A DNA stretch of 64,000 nucleotides from positions 3,038,001 through 3,102,000 of the forward strand of contig NC_090343.1 in NCBI RefSeq assembly GCF_035084215.1, given 5' to 3'. Source of the DNA: Heptranchias perlo. Its lineage: Eukaryota. Positions 63,003 through 64,000 of this stretch are shown here, piece after piece (position 1 is the stretch's first letter; each line of letters opens with the position of its first letter). The position numbers and the translations under genes are program-made. The notes under the pieces were generated by a model. The model worked only from the letters and a program-made list of their open reading frames with translations, did not search any database and was not told the DNA's origin.

Positions 63003-63172
63003 CATGATGTGGAGATGCCGGTGATGGACTGGGGTTGACAATTGTAAACAATTTTACAACACCAAGTTATAGTCCAGCAATTTTATTTTAAATTCACAAG
63101 CTTTCGGAGGCTTCCTCCTTCCTCATTTTCATTTCAAGGATTTCATTTCCAACAACGTTCACCTGAGGAAGG
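63003..63172. mobile_element. Penelope-like element terminal fragment, rearranged, with a hammerhead-ribozyme-like motif
   Basis: Minus strand TGAGGAAGGAGGAAGCCTCCGAAAGCTTGTGAA followed by AATAAA..GGACTATAAC.TGGTGTTGT. Plus strand TTCACCTGAGGAAGG. Confidence 0.6.
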
Positions 63173-63189
63173 TGAATGGCCAAGCTCTA

Positions 63190-63650
63190 ATTTTAAGGTT
63201 ATGCCCCCTTGTTTTGGACTCCTCCCACCAGAGGGAATAGTTTCTCTCTATCTACCCTATCAAATCCTTTAGTCATCTTAAACATCTCAATTAGATCACC
63301 CCTTAATCTTCTATACTTTTTGGAATACAAGCCTCGTCTATGCAACTTGTCCTCATAATTTAACCCTTTTAGCCCCGGTATCATTCTGGTGAATCTGCAC
63401 TGTACCTTCTCCAAGGTCAGTATATCCTTCCTGAGGTGCGGTGCCCAGAACTGATGGGATCTGACCAAGGCTCTGTACAACTGAAGCATCACTGCCTCAC
63501 CTTTGTATTCCAGCCCTCTTGAGATAAGGCCAACATTCCATTAGCTTTTAAATTATTTTTTGTATCTGTCCACTAATTTTTAGTGATTCCTGTACTTGGA
63601 CCCCTAAATCTCTCTGCTCCTCCTCAGTTCCGAGCTTCTCACCATTTAAA
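63190..63650 (-). mobile_element. CR1 ORF2 C-terminal fragment
   Basis: [20 protein letters not shown]...RRLRGDLIE. Confidence 0.85.
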
Positions 63651-63761
63651 AAATCAATAATATTGACAACATGACTCGGGTTTGTTTAGGAAACACCATC
63701 AGGAGATCACCATGCTCATCATATACTGACTGCTAGCATCAACCCACCAATACATCAACAT

Positions 63762-63882
63762 TTGGGAGTTTTGGGAGGTCTGGGAGTTTTGGGAGGTCTG
63801 GGAGTTTTGGGAGGTCTGGGAGTTTTGGGAGGTCTGGGAGTTTTGGGAGATTGGGAGATTGGGAGCTCTGGGAGTTTTGGGC
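63762..63882. repeat. 18-bp repeat (GGGAGTTTTGGGAGGTCT)n
   Basis: Tandem repeat visible. Confidence 0.85.
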
Positions 63883-64000
63883 CAGCATCTTACACTGAAA
63901 TATTCCCTTGTTGTAAGTTGTGCCACAAGTGGATCAATCAGAAGGTTGGAGTTTGGTTCCCGCACTTTCAAGTTACCTGAGTTCAGATGCTAGAGTTGTA

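Overview
Eukaryotic (vertebrate) genomic DNA, most likely from a cartilaginous fish (shark), judging by the repeat complement: CR1 and L2 LINEs, Deu-domain/SacSINE1-like SINEs and a Penelope-like end. Gene content, reconstructed by hand from splice sites: (1) the CpG-island promoter and first exon(s) of an unidentified minus-strand gene at the left edge; (2) a highly divergent SrcB-type (Lyn/Hck/Blk-like) tyrosine kinase gene on the minus strand (~9.6-31.1 kb). Its eight SH2+kinase exons splice into an open 371-aa frame, but the Gly-rich loop, HRD and DFG motifs are degenerate, the C-terminal regulatory Tyr tail is missing and the SH3 region is broken or duplicated. This is the main candidate for something undescribed. 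(3) A complete 5-exon MRGBP gene (minus strand, 194 aa). (4) The 5' end of an eEF1A gene, probably EEF1A2 (plus strand, first coding exon). The rest is two near-full-length decayed CR1 LINEs, a third LINE fragment with its partner SINE, many SINE/LINE fragments, MITE-like elements, about 15 minisatellite arrays and one N-gap. Most long ORFs in the supplied track are translations of tandem repeats. All homology calls are from memory of the families and were not database-checked.
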